Below are positions 41,081 to 51,177 of a DNA stretch of 64,000 nucleotides, piece by piece; positions within the stretch are counted from its first letter, which is position 1; every line of letters starts with the position of its first letter. Made by a program: the position numbers and the translations under genes. The stretch comes from Bacteroidota bacterium (GTDB lineage: Bacteria; Bacteroidota; Rhodothermia; Rhodothermales; Bin80): contig JAPPGC010000016.1 of NCBI GenBank assembly GCA_028875125.1, forward strand, positions 70,167 through 134,166, in the 5' to 3' direction. The notes below the pieces were generated by a model. It was given only the letters and a program-made list of their open reading frames with translations, did no database searches and had not been told where the DNA came from.

Positions 41081-42065
41081 ATCCTATTTGCAAGCCAAAT
41101 GCTCGAACATCCACTCCGGCTCCAAAGGTCGCGTGACTGTCGACATTATCTAGAAACAGATCTTTGTAGCCGCCCCGAAGGTCAAAATTGAAGGTACGGT
41201 TATGAACACGGAGTTGTGCTCCGACATCGCTGTTCAGGCTGTTGTCGTTGCTTTGCTGGATATCTGCAAGGGCCATCAACTCCATCATACCGACCTGTAC
41301 TACGGGCATGGCCATGCCAAACTTGAAGGAGAGTGGCAAGTCCCATGCATCCATTTCGATGCGGGCGGGGATATCCGGGTTATTGCCACTGGTAGTTTCG
41401 TCAATATCAACAAACACGACACTATTGATACCGGTCATTTGCATTTTGCCGCCGAAATTCTGGATTGATGCCGCCAGAACCAAGCCACCTAGGTAACCGG
41501 ACTGGAGAACAAATCCAACATCAAAGCCAACGGTGCTAGCGTGCATATCCCTGATTTGCTGGCGCACATACTTGGCGGTGCCACCGAAGTAAAATGATTC
41601 AGTCAGCGGCTGCGCGTAGCTAAGGCCCAAACTGAAATCATTTGCCCGAAAGGTTTCGCCGGTTCCTTCAGGAAAGGCTACCGTACGTACGATCATGGTA
41701 CCGTAGTTCACAGCTGCTACACTGAGTCCCAGCACACGATCACCTGAAACAGGGATCACGGTTGCAGCAGCGTTGTAGGTGATGTCTGCAAACCAGCGCG
41801 AATGGGAGAGGAAGACACTGCCTGAGGAGTGATCACCATAGGTGCGTGCAGCTCCGGCAGGGTTCCAAAACAGCGCATCAGCACCGGTTGCAAGGGCGGT
41901 GTAAGCATGCCCCAATGACTGACCGCGTGCCCCAGTTCCAATCGTCAGAAAGGCTGCGGCAGTCGTACCAGATCGACTTTGCGCGACCACTGTACAGGTC
42001 ATGCACAGGACCAATGTGATCAACAGGATAAGCCGTCCTGTCACTATGCGTAGCGTGTGGTTCAT
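41010..42065 (-). CDS. PorV/PorQ-family outer-membrane beta-barrel
   Basis: AAAFLTIG.GAR...LG.A..A...DA.FWNPAG N-terminal signature; DYAY..F..LG; terminal Phe. Start taken at ATG 42065, overlapping the upstream stop. Confidence 0.88.
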   Translation of the reverse strand: MNHTLRIVTGRLILLITLVLCMTCTVVAQSRSGTTAAAFLTIGTGARGQSLGHAYTALATGADALFWNPAGAARTYGDHSSGSVFLSHSRWFADITYNAAATVIPVSGDRVLGLSVAAVNYGTMIVRTVAFPEGTGETFRANDFSLGLSYAQPLTESFYFGGTAKYVRQQIRDMHASTVGFDVGFVLQSGYLGGLVLAASIQNFGGKMQMTGINSVVFVDIDETTSGNNPDIPARIEMDAWDLPLSFKFGMAMPVVQVGMMELMALADIQQSNDNSLNSDVGAQLRVHNRTFNFDLRGGYKDLFLDNVDSHATFGAGVDVRAFGLQIGFDYAYTPFDLLGQTQVVDFRMYF

Positions 42066-45000
42066 TTGACAAGTGCAAATTTGCCCACATGCTCCCCAAT
42101 ACCCGGGGCTTCTATGTGAAACACGTAAATGCCGAACGCAACATCCTGCTGCTCTTCGGTACGGAGATCCCACCACTCAGCCCCATCACTGACTACACCG
42201 TCATGATGCAGCGTACGGATCAGCTCTCCACGGATGTTAAAGATGCGGATAGTGCACTGCGGAGGCAGGTGAATGAACTGGACCCGTCGCTCTCCGCGGC
42301 CTTCGATTTGGCTCCGTGGTTCAAACGCGGAAGAGCCGACATATGGATTGGGAACTACCGCAATACGATCAAGCTCACTACGTGCAAGATCTGCATCAAT
42401 GGATGACGAGCGAAGCGTAAACTGAAAAAAGTCCCCGGTAGCAAAAGGCTTTCTAGAACTCACATGAAATGAGTTTCCTGCGGAAGGGGCAATGGAGCTG
42501 CCTCCGTCTGCAGCGCTGAACCTGATGCGGTAGCGAAAACGCCAGGGGCCACGTCCGGTGGGTCTTTCAGCGATGATCGCGTGGTCGCCAGCATCAAAGA
42601 CCCTACTGCCATTGGTATCCTGCATGAACAGTTCGGCCGGCGTTCCCTTTGTTTCGTTGATGGTGAAAATGGGCACCTCTTCGCGCAGATACCCAAAGAA
42701 CCGCGGGGGACGATAAAGAGAGTCAGTGGGGGATACCCAGATCAGTTTGTAGTCATCTGGTGAAGCACGGAACGCGGCCGTAGTATCTCGCTCTACAGAG
42801 GCAAGCCAGTTGGTGTCGTATCCGTCCAGTGTGCGTGGATTCAGGTCATACACTTCATTTTGCGAACCTTCGTTAGCTAGGAATCCGGTTTGTAACTCGT
42901 CCAGTTCACAGCCCAGGGGTGCCGGGCATTCGACGTTATTTATTTCGATGATGAAGCCTTCGGCGGGCGGGGTTGCATCAATCATCGGAGAGGGCCCAAG
43001 GAGCACGTCTCCAGAAACGATGTTGGTCACCTGATATGCGGTCGTTTCGTAGAGGTCAGCGACATCTGACACGAGGTCGCTGAAGAATGAGATACGGTAA
43101 ATACCATCAAAGTCAGCTTCGGCCTCCTGGATGATGCTCACAGAAACTGAGCCTGATCCAATGCCTTCTGTCACACGACTCAAATCTTCATTGGCACCGC
43201 CCTGAACATATCCGGCGGGTACGGACCTTGGTGTCACTACAGCTGCGTTGCGTGAAAATCCGGTCAAGCGCCCGGCTTGATTAACACTGACGTTGAAAGA
43301 ATTTTCCTGTGGATCAATCCCTGCTTTTGCGGCATCTTCAGAATCACGCACTCCTCGGTCATAAGCTACGAGGGCGTAGTAGTACGTAATTCCATTGGTT
43401 ACATCTTCGTCGATATAGTGGAATTGAAGCCCAGTATTATCTCCAAGGTAATAGACGGCTTCACCTTCCAGTACGGTCACGGGTCCCTGAATGTCATTGA
43501 TCAGATCCCATTGCGCAATTGGCTTGAAGAAAGTAGCCGCGCCGTCAACATCGGTAATGGTCCGGGCATCAAATAGTAGGGGGTCTGTGCCTTTGTAGAG
43601 TTTAAATCCCTCAAAATCAAACTCTTGGATGAAGCGGTCGAAACTTCGAACCGCGACGGTATCCCAGCTCAGGACCACCTGTCCGTCACCGGGAACTGCC
43701 GTGAGAGCTGGCAGGAATGGGGGCTGGGCAAAACTGTAGTCAGCGTTAAAGATGCTTTGAGCCGTTCGCCGGTTCTTGAAAAAGTCACGTTCATCTTCGC
43801 CAAAAATCCAGGCGGTGGAGAAGAAATCGGTTCCTTTTGTCTCAAGTCCGATTGGGCCGGAAGAGAATAAGATGAAGGGTTCAAGATCTGCTTTGAAAGC
43901 GTCCGGTTTTGTGCCCAAGGGAAACTGTGCATAGTTGATGATCCTGTCCCACATCCATGCATCGTCCCGCAGGTTATCGCCGCTCTCATAGAAAGGACGC
44001 GTCTGAAGATCAAATCCAGTCAAACCGACCTGATCAGATTCATCTACATCCAGCTCGTCAAAATTGGGTTCGCCAAGAGTAGGTATCCCATCGGCCTCAC
44101 CATCGTCTGGGCCGGGGTAACCTAGATCAAATGGGCCCTGCCCGTCACGTCCGACATCATTATTGTGTGCTTCTCCCGGATCAAGAACACCATTGTTGTT
44201 CTCATCTGAAAAACCAACCCAGTCCAGATTTTCGTCTCCGGTCCACCACCGTCCTGCCTGATACGCGGGGCGTGACTCAAGCGGACCATTGTAGGCTTCA
44301 AAATTGGCAAGGTCATACATTGAACTGACAGCACTCTGAATTGCTTGTTGCCCAACTATGAGAACGCCTGGCCCATTAAACCTAGACTCATCTGTGATAC
44401 CGTCCTCATCATTATCCAAGCCATCAGTTGCCCGGGCGGGGCTTTCCAGAAATGCGAAACCGGTATAACCTAGTGGGTATGTGCCACCGGTGGAGCGTGT
44501 ACCAATTCCGTCCTGATCCCAGCCGTAGGCTACGTCCTGTTGTGGATCGAATGCAGCGTTCTCATCACCTTCTTCGTTACCAAGCCCATAATCCATTATT
44601 TGGCCAAGGTAGAGGTCTGTATGGGTCTTTTCGGTTACGTTTGTGATACGATAGAGGATGAACATGATGTCTTCTGCAAGCACATTTGCCCACTGAAAGA
44701 GGCGGACTTGTGCTTGCAACCCCATTCCGCCAATTGTGGAATCTGCAGCGCTTGGGTAGAAAACTCCGTATTCACTATTGGGTCTTCGGGTGTCGGGGTC
44801 AATGGCATACTCCAGGTCTGTGAAGTCATCCATGACGTAAAAACTCTCCAGATCCGCATTGAACACGCCCCTGCCAAAAAACCCATTCCAGTTACCCGGC
44901 CAACCTGGATCATCGGGATTATTCAGCCGGTCGGGCCAGAACTGCGGCCACGAAGTAGGATCGTCACTTAGTGCAGGGGTTGGTGTTCGTTGCCCAGTGA

Positions 45001-45442
45001 TTGGATCCAGGCGGTTTTCGTTCATGAATCCGGGTAGCGGGGTCCACCCCCAAAGTGACCCATCCGGGCTCAGCCTTTTACCAAAATCTCGGTACGTAAG
45101 AATAACGGGGTTTAGGGTTGTATCGCCTCGGGCCCCTGGAAAAAATTCCCGCCATTTAGTTCTTTCCCCTGGAACTTGGCCGGCTACCATAATGCCGACA
45201 CCGTCAATATGCCTTCCACCAATGCCGCGCGGCCATACACCGAACGGTATGTCATTCCAGCGCGCAAGTTCACCGTGGTTACGGAAATTGGTCTCAATAA
45301 GATTACCATCCAGTACACCACGCGCGATAAGTGTCTCATCTCCCCGGAGATCCGAAGAGATGTTTTGCCCATAGCTGGTTGCGGTCAGAGTGCAAGTGAC
45401 AGCCAGACCGAGGAAGAGCCAGCGGATTCTTGCACGTTGCAT
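42062..45442 (-). CDS. Large secreted hypothetical protein with acidic Ca-binding-like motifs, Fn3-like module and atypical T9SS-like CTD
   Basis: Signal peptide; DGLDNDEDG and DENNNG motifs; V.LSWD..FEG.KLY..D..V.NG.TYYY Fn3-like segment; VVPNPY..CTIRIF..GELIRTL..WDL..GIYVFH..KFALVK tail. Confidence 0.85.
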   Translation of the reverse strand: MQRARIRWLFLGLAVTCTLTATSYGQNISSDLRGDETLIARGVLDGNLIETNFRNHGELARWNDIPFGVWPRGIGGRHIDGVGIMVAGQVPGERTKWREFFPGARGDTTLNPVILTYRDFGKRLSPDGSLWGWTPLPGFMNENRLDPITGQRTPTPALSDDPTSWPQFWPDRLNNPDDPGWPGNWNGFFGRGVFNADLESFYVMDDFTDLEYAIDPDTRRPNSEYGVFYPSAADSTIGGMGLQAQVRLFQWANVLAEDIMFILYRITNVTEKTHTDLYLGQIMDYGLGNEEGDENAAFDPQQDVAYGWDQDGIGTRSTGGTYPLGYTGFAFLESPARATDGLDNDEDGITDESRFNGPGVLIVGQQAIQSAVSSMYDLANFEAYNGPLESRPAYQAGRWWTGDENLDWVGFSDENNNGVLDPGEAHNNDVGRDGQGPFDLGYPGPDDGEADGIPTLGEPNFDELDVDESDQVGLTGFDLQTRPFYESGDNLRDDAWMWDRIINYAQFPLGTKPDAFKADLEPFILFSSGPIGLETKGTDFFSTAWIFGEDERDFFKNRRTAQSIFNADYSFAQPPFLPALTAVPGDGQVVLSWDTVAVRSFDRFIQEFDFEGFKLYKGTDPLLFDARTITDVDGAATFFKPIAQWDLINDIQGPVTVLEGEAVYYLGDNTGLQFHYIDEDVTNGITYYYALVAYDRGVRDSEDAAKAGIDPQENSFNVSVNQAGRLTGFSRNAAVVTPRSVPAGYVQGGANEDLSRVTEGIGSGSVSVSIIQEAEADFDGIYRISFFSDLVSDVADLYETTAYQVTNIVSGDVLLGPSPMIDATPPAEGFIIEINNVECPAPLGCELDELQTGFLANEGSQNEVYDLNPRTLDGYDTNWLASVERDTTAAFRASPDDYKLIWVSPTDSLYRPPRFFGYLREEVPIFTINETKGTPAELFMQDTNGSRVFDAGDHAIIAERPTGRGPWRFRYRIRFSAADGGSSIAPSAGNSFHVSSRKPFATGDFFQFTLRSSSIDADLARSELDRIAVVPNPYVGSSAFEPRSQIEGRGERRVQFIHLPPQCTIRIFNIRGELIRTLHHDGVVSDGAEWWDLRTEEQQDVAFGIYVFHIEAPGIGEHVGKFALVK

Positions 45443-48204
45443 TAGAAACGGTAATTGAGTCCGACACTGACCTTGCGGGGTGCTCCAAAGTTTTCCTGGC
45501 GATAATAAAACTCGTCCAAGCTGTTTAGCCCTCCTACCTGTGCACCGGTTCGCCGGAATAATTCTAGTGTAACAGATTCGTCAGCCCTTCCGGTATCCTC
45601 GTAAACACCCACTTCCTGCACGGTATCAAAGAGGTTCTGGGCCTGCAGGAACAGTTGCAGGTTCGCTTTGATGCCGGGTATACGGTAGTAAATGCGTACA
45701 TCCGTACCGAATATAGACGGCTTGGTTGCGTTATTCTTCTTTGAAGATCGAATAAACTCACGTACGGTTGTGTAGGGCGTACCGCTCTGTAGTCGGTTGA
45801 TGAATGTGACGGAGAGTCCGGTTACCGGTTCTACGGTGATAGTATTGTTGAGTACGTGTCTGCGGTCCCAGTCCAGACGTACAAGGGAAAGAATTTCGTC
45901 CAGACCGGCCTGTTGCCGACCAAAGGCTTCACCCGGGCTGGAGGAAGTTCCTTCGGCAAACTGCAGGGTGTAGTCAATAGTCCAGTTCAGGATGCCACCA
46001 GGTCGCTGGAAGAGTGAGAAGGTGAGGCCCCTTATGGTGCCGTAGTCCCGGTTGATCCACCGGATAATGAAGTCTCCCTGCGGGGTTCGCGCAATTTCCT
46101 GGCCGGTGAGATTACGTACATCTTTCGAAAAGATCGTGATCTCCATACCAATCCGGCGTGTGAATCCCTGTTGCAGGCCAACCTCAAAGGAAAGTGTGCG
46201 CTCAGGATTAATTCCTGGGTTACCAAATGAATTCGATAAGGAGGCGGGGTTGACCTCGTACTCCGGGTTCGTGTATAGAAGCCCGAATGAGGGAATCTGG
46301 AAGAACAGCCCAGCCGAAAAACGCATAACTCCGGTTTCCGAAATGGGAAAAGCCACGCCTAGGCGTGGGCTGAGCTGCATGTCTACTTTGGCCGGTTCAC
46401 GATTGGAGATTGAATTCTCGGGATTGTCGGGGTCCGGTATTTCTTCAAGTTCTCCCTGTCCCCAGTCCAATGGTGATAGATAATCAGGATCAAAATAATC
46501 GAAGCGCAGGCCCGCATTAACAATAAGTCCGGTAAACTCCATCTTATCCTGCACATAGGCGGAAAACTCTACGGGATTTGCTTGGAGAGAGTTATCGGCG
46601 AACTGGTCGGGCGAGGGTTGGGGTAGGTTACCGGTCCGGAAGGAGCGTTCAATCCCAAAGTCCCTGTTGTCCAGGGTATGCAAGCGGGCCTGCATTCCAA
46701 TTTTCATCAGGTGCACGCGATTGAGCTGATGAGAGTAGTCGGCAACAACAGTATGAGTTGCTGTAAGCTGATCGCTGGTAGAAAGGTCATTACCACCAAC
46801 GGCAAATGCGTTTGCCCCCTGCAAAAAGGAGAAGTCACTGCTCACGTAACGTTCGTCGAAAGGCGACTCAAACAGGTACACTTCCGTTTTATCATGCAGG
46901 TAGCTATAAGAGAGATTTGCAAACGCGCTACTACCTATGGTGTAATGCAATCCGAGGATGTGAGTCTGATTAAGGAAATGTACGGTATTGATGCCGTCAG
47001 GGATGTACTTGAGGTTATGATTGTAAGGCTGGAACGTACCAGATTGGAAGAAGACGTTGTAGTCTACATTAAACCGTGGTGTTATCGCGTATCCCAGTGT
47101 AGCATTCACGGACAGGCGCTCAGTACTGTTACGGGGCACGAACGCGCCATCTCCTGAGGAATCAATGATCCAGGCCTCACGGGGTAACCCGGTATTCAGG
47201 TTCTGGGAAGAATCCGACGGAGCAAACAGGTTTCGTCCGATAAAGTGTGAGTTATCCTGCAGGTAGCGAACTGTTGCCTGCAGACCGAGGCGGTTACGGA
47301 TCAGTGGTCCTCCCAGCGAAGCCTGCACATCAAGGAGATTCGGCAGGCTTGCAGCGTCCATGTAGGAGACAGTATCGGGTTTGAAGTCCGCGGCAGTGAG
47401 TGATGAACCGGGATCGGTTGTGCGACCGACAAATTCCAGTTCCCGGTTACTCGCGATGGCACCTGCGTAGGCCAGCAAAGAGCTACTCCACCGGTCAGGT
47501 ACGTCCTTGGTTACTATATTCACTACGCCACTCGTCGCCTGGCCATACTCAGCATTAAATACTCCGCTGATCACCTCCAGGCTCTCAACCATATTCTGTT
47601 CAATTTCGAATGCGGCGTCTTTACTGAATGCGTTGGTAATTGGTACACCGTTAACCAGATAGGTCACTTCACCGGTGCGTCCTCCCCGGAAGTGGCCATC
47701 AACGACACCCGCCTGCAGATTGATTGCATCTCGCACATTCGTTACGGGTAGGACTTCAAGTTGCTCCGCATCAATAACAGCAGTGGTCGTAGTGCGATCC
47801 ATCTCCACGATGGGGCGCTCAGCTACGACCACAATCTCTTCGCCGAGAATTGCCTCCTCACGCAGTACAAAATTAACAGTTGTTGTTTGGTCCTGAACTA
47901 CGCGGACGTTCTGGGTAGTGACCGTTGCGAAACCTACGAAGGAGGCCCGGACGCTGTAGGTGCCAGGCGGAATATTGAGGATATAGTAGTACCCGTCAGC
48001 GTCGGTCACACCCCCAATCACGGTGCCCTCAAGAATAACATTGACGCCAGGAAGCCCTTGATTGGTGCCTGCTTCCAAGACCCTTCCAGCAATCTTACCA
48101 GTCGGACCGGAGGGGCGGGCAAATAAGTTACCCGTCCCTCCAGCACCGATCATCAGTAAAAGTATGAGCGACGCAGCAAAGCTGCGACGCAACTGACCAT
48201 GCAT
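45442..48204 (-). CDS. TonB-dependent receptor
   Basis: GKIAGRV..LPGVNV carboxypeptidase-like domain, RGGR..E..Y.VNG and FNAEYGQA.SGVVN plug, GLRFDYF, SPRLG, NLFD, terminal Phe. Confidence 0.95.
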   Translation of the reverse strand: MHGQLRRSFAASLILLLMIGAGGTGNLFARPSGPTGKIAGRVLEAGTNQGLPGVNVILEGTVIGGVTDADGYYYILNIPPGTYSVRASFVGFATVTTQNVRVVQDQTTTVNFVLREEAILGEEIVVVAERPIVEMDRTTTTAVIDAEQLEVLPVTNVRDAINLQAGVVDGHFRGGRTGEVTYLVNGVPITNAFSKDAAFEIEQNMVESLEVISGVFNAEYGQATSGVVNIVTKDVPDRWSSSLLAYAGAIASNRELEFVGRTTDPGSSLTAADFKPDTVSYMDAASLPNLLDVQASLGGPLIRNRLGLQATVRYLQDNSHFIGRNLFAPSDSSQNLNTGLPREAWIIDSSGDGAFVPRNSTERLSVNATLGYAITPRFNVDYNVFFQSGTFQPYNHNLKYIPDGINTVHFLNQTHILGLHYTIGSSAFANLSYSYLHDKTEVYLFESPFDERYVSSDFSFLQGANAFAVGGNDLSTSDQLTATHTVVADYSHQLNRVHLMKIGMQARLHTLDNRDFGIERSFRTGNLPQPSPDQFADNSLQANPVEFSAYVQDKMEFTGLIVNAGLRFDYFDPDYLSPLDWGQGELEEIPDPDNPENSISNREPAKVDMQLSPRLGVAFPISETGVMRFSAGLFFQIPSFGLLYTNPEYEVNPASLSNSFGNPGINPERTLSFEVGLQQGFTRRIGMEITIFSKDVRNLTGQEIARTPQGDFIIRWINRDYGTIRGLTFSLFQRPGGILNWTIDYTLQFAEGTSSSPGEAFGRQQAGLDEILSLVRLDWDRRHVLNNTITVEPVTGLSVTFINRLQSGTPYTTVREFIRSSKKNNATKPSIFGTDVRIYYRIPGIKANLQLFLQAQNLFDTVQEVGVYEDTGRADESVTLELFRRTGAQVGGLNSLDEFYYRQENFGAPRKVSVGLNYRF

Positions 48205-50765
48205 TATTTGATCAATTGCATGTACCGTGTCATTACTACGGACGTCCCAACTTCCAGTCTGTAAATATAGACGCCTGAGGCTAATCCAGCACCGTCAAAA
48301 CTTACGGTATGCGTCCCTGCTGTCTGTGGCTTTTGATTCAGGAGGGTTGCGACTGGTCTTCCGAGTGTGTCAAAGACACGCAGCGTAACGGTTTCGGATT
48401 CAGGCAGTGCGAATTGAATTGATGTGCTTGGATTGAAGGGGTTGGGATAGTTCTGGTCCAAGGCGATCTCTTTTGGAAGCTCATTGGCGTCTTCAAGACT
48501 TGTCTGGGTCACGTCGGTAACCGTCACCTCCAGGTTCATGGTCTTGCCATCGTAGTCCATGTCTGTACTAGACGCAGTGTGCACGAGTGTCACCATGTCA
48601 TCGTCTCCATCTCCATCTATCGCCGCCGTCATCATGACCGCCTGTGCTGTGTCCCAGTTCTGCATCGTAAACGTCAGGCCCGAGAAATCTGTACTCGCAT
48701 CCCCATCATTATCCAGCGTTAGATCCGTCCCGTCTTGTCCCGTAATCGCCACCATCACATCGGCCGTTGGTTCTGAGGTGAGCTTCACGTAATAGGTCTG
48801 ACTCCCGGCCTCATCCACAGATAGGGTGGTGATCGCTGCACCAGCAGCCATCTCGGAAAGCTCAATTTCCGCCCTCATCATACCACCTTGCGCTTCCCGG
48901 CCAGCCAAGGCTACAGCGGGCCATTGCGCCGGTGTATTCCACCACTGTCCGTCGGCATTGCCCTTAAGGGACCACTGGATCTGATTATCGCGATTTCCTC
49001 CGTCTCCATCATTCAGCACGAAGTTGAATGGGAAGTAGGAGACATCCGAGCCTGTGGGGAGAGGAGTAATGGCATCCATTTGATCAGTATTCTGGATCTG
49101 ATCCAGCGGGATCACGGAGAGCAACTTATAGCCCGAGACCTGGCCACTAGCGTCCATTAGCTGATCATAAATTGCTCCCGCACCTTGTGGAACGGCATCT
49201 ATGCTCCAGCCAACAAAGATGGCTCCGGCAGTACCTGCTTTGGTACCGTCGCCTTGACCCATAAGCCGGAATTGATAATCAGCAAAATCGCCACGCATAA
49301 TATCCTGATGCGGGGTACCCGAGAAGATCCCACCGCCATCAACATCTCGCACATCGTAGTTTCCCCATCCAAATTCAATGCTGTCATGTTGCCAGCCGTC
49401 AGCTGGATTTCCACCTGCAGCCTGCAAGGTAATCTCATCGTCGGTCACCTCCACATAGAGGTACAGTTCAGGAGGGTCAGCACCATAACCTGCCCAGAGC
49501 TTGGCGCTCAGGTCCTCGTCTGGGGTTAACTGGCCACCATCTCCGGGCTTGGAGCGTGCCCGATTAAGCTCAAAAGGCATGTACCCATCAGGAAAGCCAT
49601 CCTCCACTACATTGTCAAACATGTCACCGAAGAGCTGGTCAGTAAGGTGATTTATTTCGTCCTCAGTCAGTTCCGCAATATGAGCCTGAATGGGAAGGTT
49701 TTCATTCGCGACCTCCCCCTTGCTCATTGATATGTCAGTGTTTTCAACTCCGAACCCACTTAACGTTGTTACTGCGTAGTGTACCGTAAGTGGAGCCAAT
49801 GATGCGTGTGGAACCTCAATTTTGTGGTGGACGGAGGTCACGCCGCCAGTAGCTCGTGCAGCCAAACTAACTCCACTCGCCTTAATGTCCGTTATGTCAT
49901 TGACGCTGGAATAGACGTTGTATCCGTCCGCACCATCTACGGGCATCCACGATATCATATTACTGTCGGCTGTAGCCGTAACCGAAACCCCCGCGGCTGC
50001 ACTTACGGGATCATTTGCCACAGAGAGATCCAGGTTTTCTGCTCCGATATAGACGTCGTCTACATAAATGGTACCTCCGCCTGTATTGTTGTCAAAGAAG
50101 ACCCCAATGTTCTGGACGTTGGTCCATTCAAACTCTTCCCAAAGCTGAGGGTTGTCTACTGTATTAGGGCCAAGTTCATCACCAACGCCAACCCCAAATC
50201 CTCCACTGGACCAGGCGCCTACATATTTCCATAGGCTGTCCAAGCCGTCCAGAGTGCTGGCCGTCTTGGCGTCTTCGAGTTCGGTATAGGTGGCCGGGGG
50301 CAACGGAATTGAAACTTCATGCCACTGGCCATCCCGCATACTTTCAGGTATGCGCCAAGCTAGACGGAAGGGCAGGTCAGCAGAACCGTCATCAGCCGAG
50401 CTTCCGTCTGTCTTGTCTTCAAACATAAGCTGGACGTTTGGCATTCCGGCGTTTGCCGGATCAACCCAAATCCTGGCATGCAGCACATCACCGTCGGCAC
50501 GGTTTTGTGATATATCGACGCCAACATCTGCGGGGAAGCGAAAGGCTTGGAAAGCCCAGTTCCCATACACATATTCGACGATCGCATTTGTCGGATCAGC
50601 CGGATCTTCTATGATATTGCCATCAAAGGAAGGGACCAATGTGTTGGTTCCATTAACAAAGAAAATGAAGTCATCCCCCAGTGGTGGACCAGCCTGTCCG
50701 TGGGCATCCGAGGCTGCAAAAAGCAGCAGGATGACGGTAAACAAGTAGATAGCAGTGTGCCTCAT
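48204..50765 (-). CDS. Secreted multi-domain protein: CBM-like N-terminus, Fn3-like, CBM9/DOMON-like, Calx-beta/cadherin-like module, T9SS type A CTD
   Basis: Signal peptide from ATG 50765; LYLYVEVTDD..W..DSIE DOMON-like motif; L.QNYPNPFNPST.I.F..LASGVY.YRL CTD. Confidence 0.85.
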   Translation of the reverse strand: MRHTAIYLFTVILLLFAASDAHGQAGPPLGDDFIFFVNGTNTLVPSFDGNIIEDPADPTNAIVEYVYGNWAFQAFRFPADVGVDISQNRADGDVLHARIWVDPANAGMPNVQLMFEDKTDGSSADDGSADLPFRLAWRIPESMRDGQWHEVSIPLPPATYTELEDAKTASTLDGLDSLWKYVGAWSSGGFGVGVGDELGPNTVDNPQLWEEFEWTNVQNIGVFFDNNTGGGTIYVDDVYIGAENLDLSVANDPVSAAAGVSVTATADSNMISWMPVDGADGYNVYSSVNDITDIKASGVSLAARATGGVTSVHHKIEVPHASLAPLTVHYAVTTLSGFGVENTDISMSKGEVANENLPIQAHIAELTEDEINHLTDQLFGDMFDNVVEDGFPDGYMPFELNRARSKPGDGGQLTPDEDLSAKLWAGYGADPPELYLYVEVTDDEITLQAAGGNPADGWQHDSIEFGWGNYDVRDVDGGGIFSGTPHQDIMRGDFADYQFRLMGQGDGTKAGTAGAIFVGWSIDAVPQGAGAIYDQLMDASGQVSGYKLLSVIPLDQIQNTDQMDAITPLPTGSDVSYFPFNFVLNDGDGGNRDNQIQWSLKGNADGQWWNTPAQWPAVALAGREAQGGMMRAEIELSEMAAGAAITTLSVDEAGSQTYYVKLTSEPTADVMVAITGQDGTDLTLDNDGDASTDFSGLTFTMQNWDTAQAVMMTAAIDGDGDDDMVTLVHTASSTDMDYDGKTMNLEVTVTDVTQTSLEDANELPKEIALDQNYPNPFNPSTSIQFALPESETVTLRVFDTLGRPVATLLNQKPQTAGTHTVSFDGAGLASGVYIYRLEVGTSVVMTRYMQLIK

Positions 50766-50817
50766 TGCTGTTGTCAGATTAGTGAATAGATGGTTCCAGC
50801 ACGCCAAAATATACGCT

Positions 50818-50831
50818 AGAAAAGGTTTTCA
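50818..50831. promoter_or_regulatory. Candidate LacI-family operator
   Basis: Minus strand TGAAAACCTTTTCT (GAAAA-NN-TTTTC palindrome) about 55 bp upstream of the operon's first ATG. Confidence 0.45.
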
Positions 50832-51177
50832 GAGAGCAGAACACACAAACCCGCTCCCGATTTTTGGTGGTACGACGGAAAGATAAGGAATTTCTCATTA
50901 AGTGTGTACACTCGTCTCTTATTTTCGGATTTCTTGGAGCGTTATTCAAAATTCTATTTACTCACCTGGTGATCCTGCTAATTTAGACATACAAATTTGG
51001 TTCAACTAAGTCAGATTACGAGAATTCGAGAGTGGGTTCACCGTGATCTGGTGATGCAGGTTCAAGCCACTGCAGAATAATAGGAATGCCTAGCCTCCTG
51101 CCACTCTGGATTTAGCGTTTCCTTGGATTTTAAGGATCCTTTTCGATGTAGAGGCTGAATCTACTTAGGTAAGGCCG

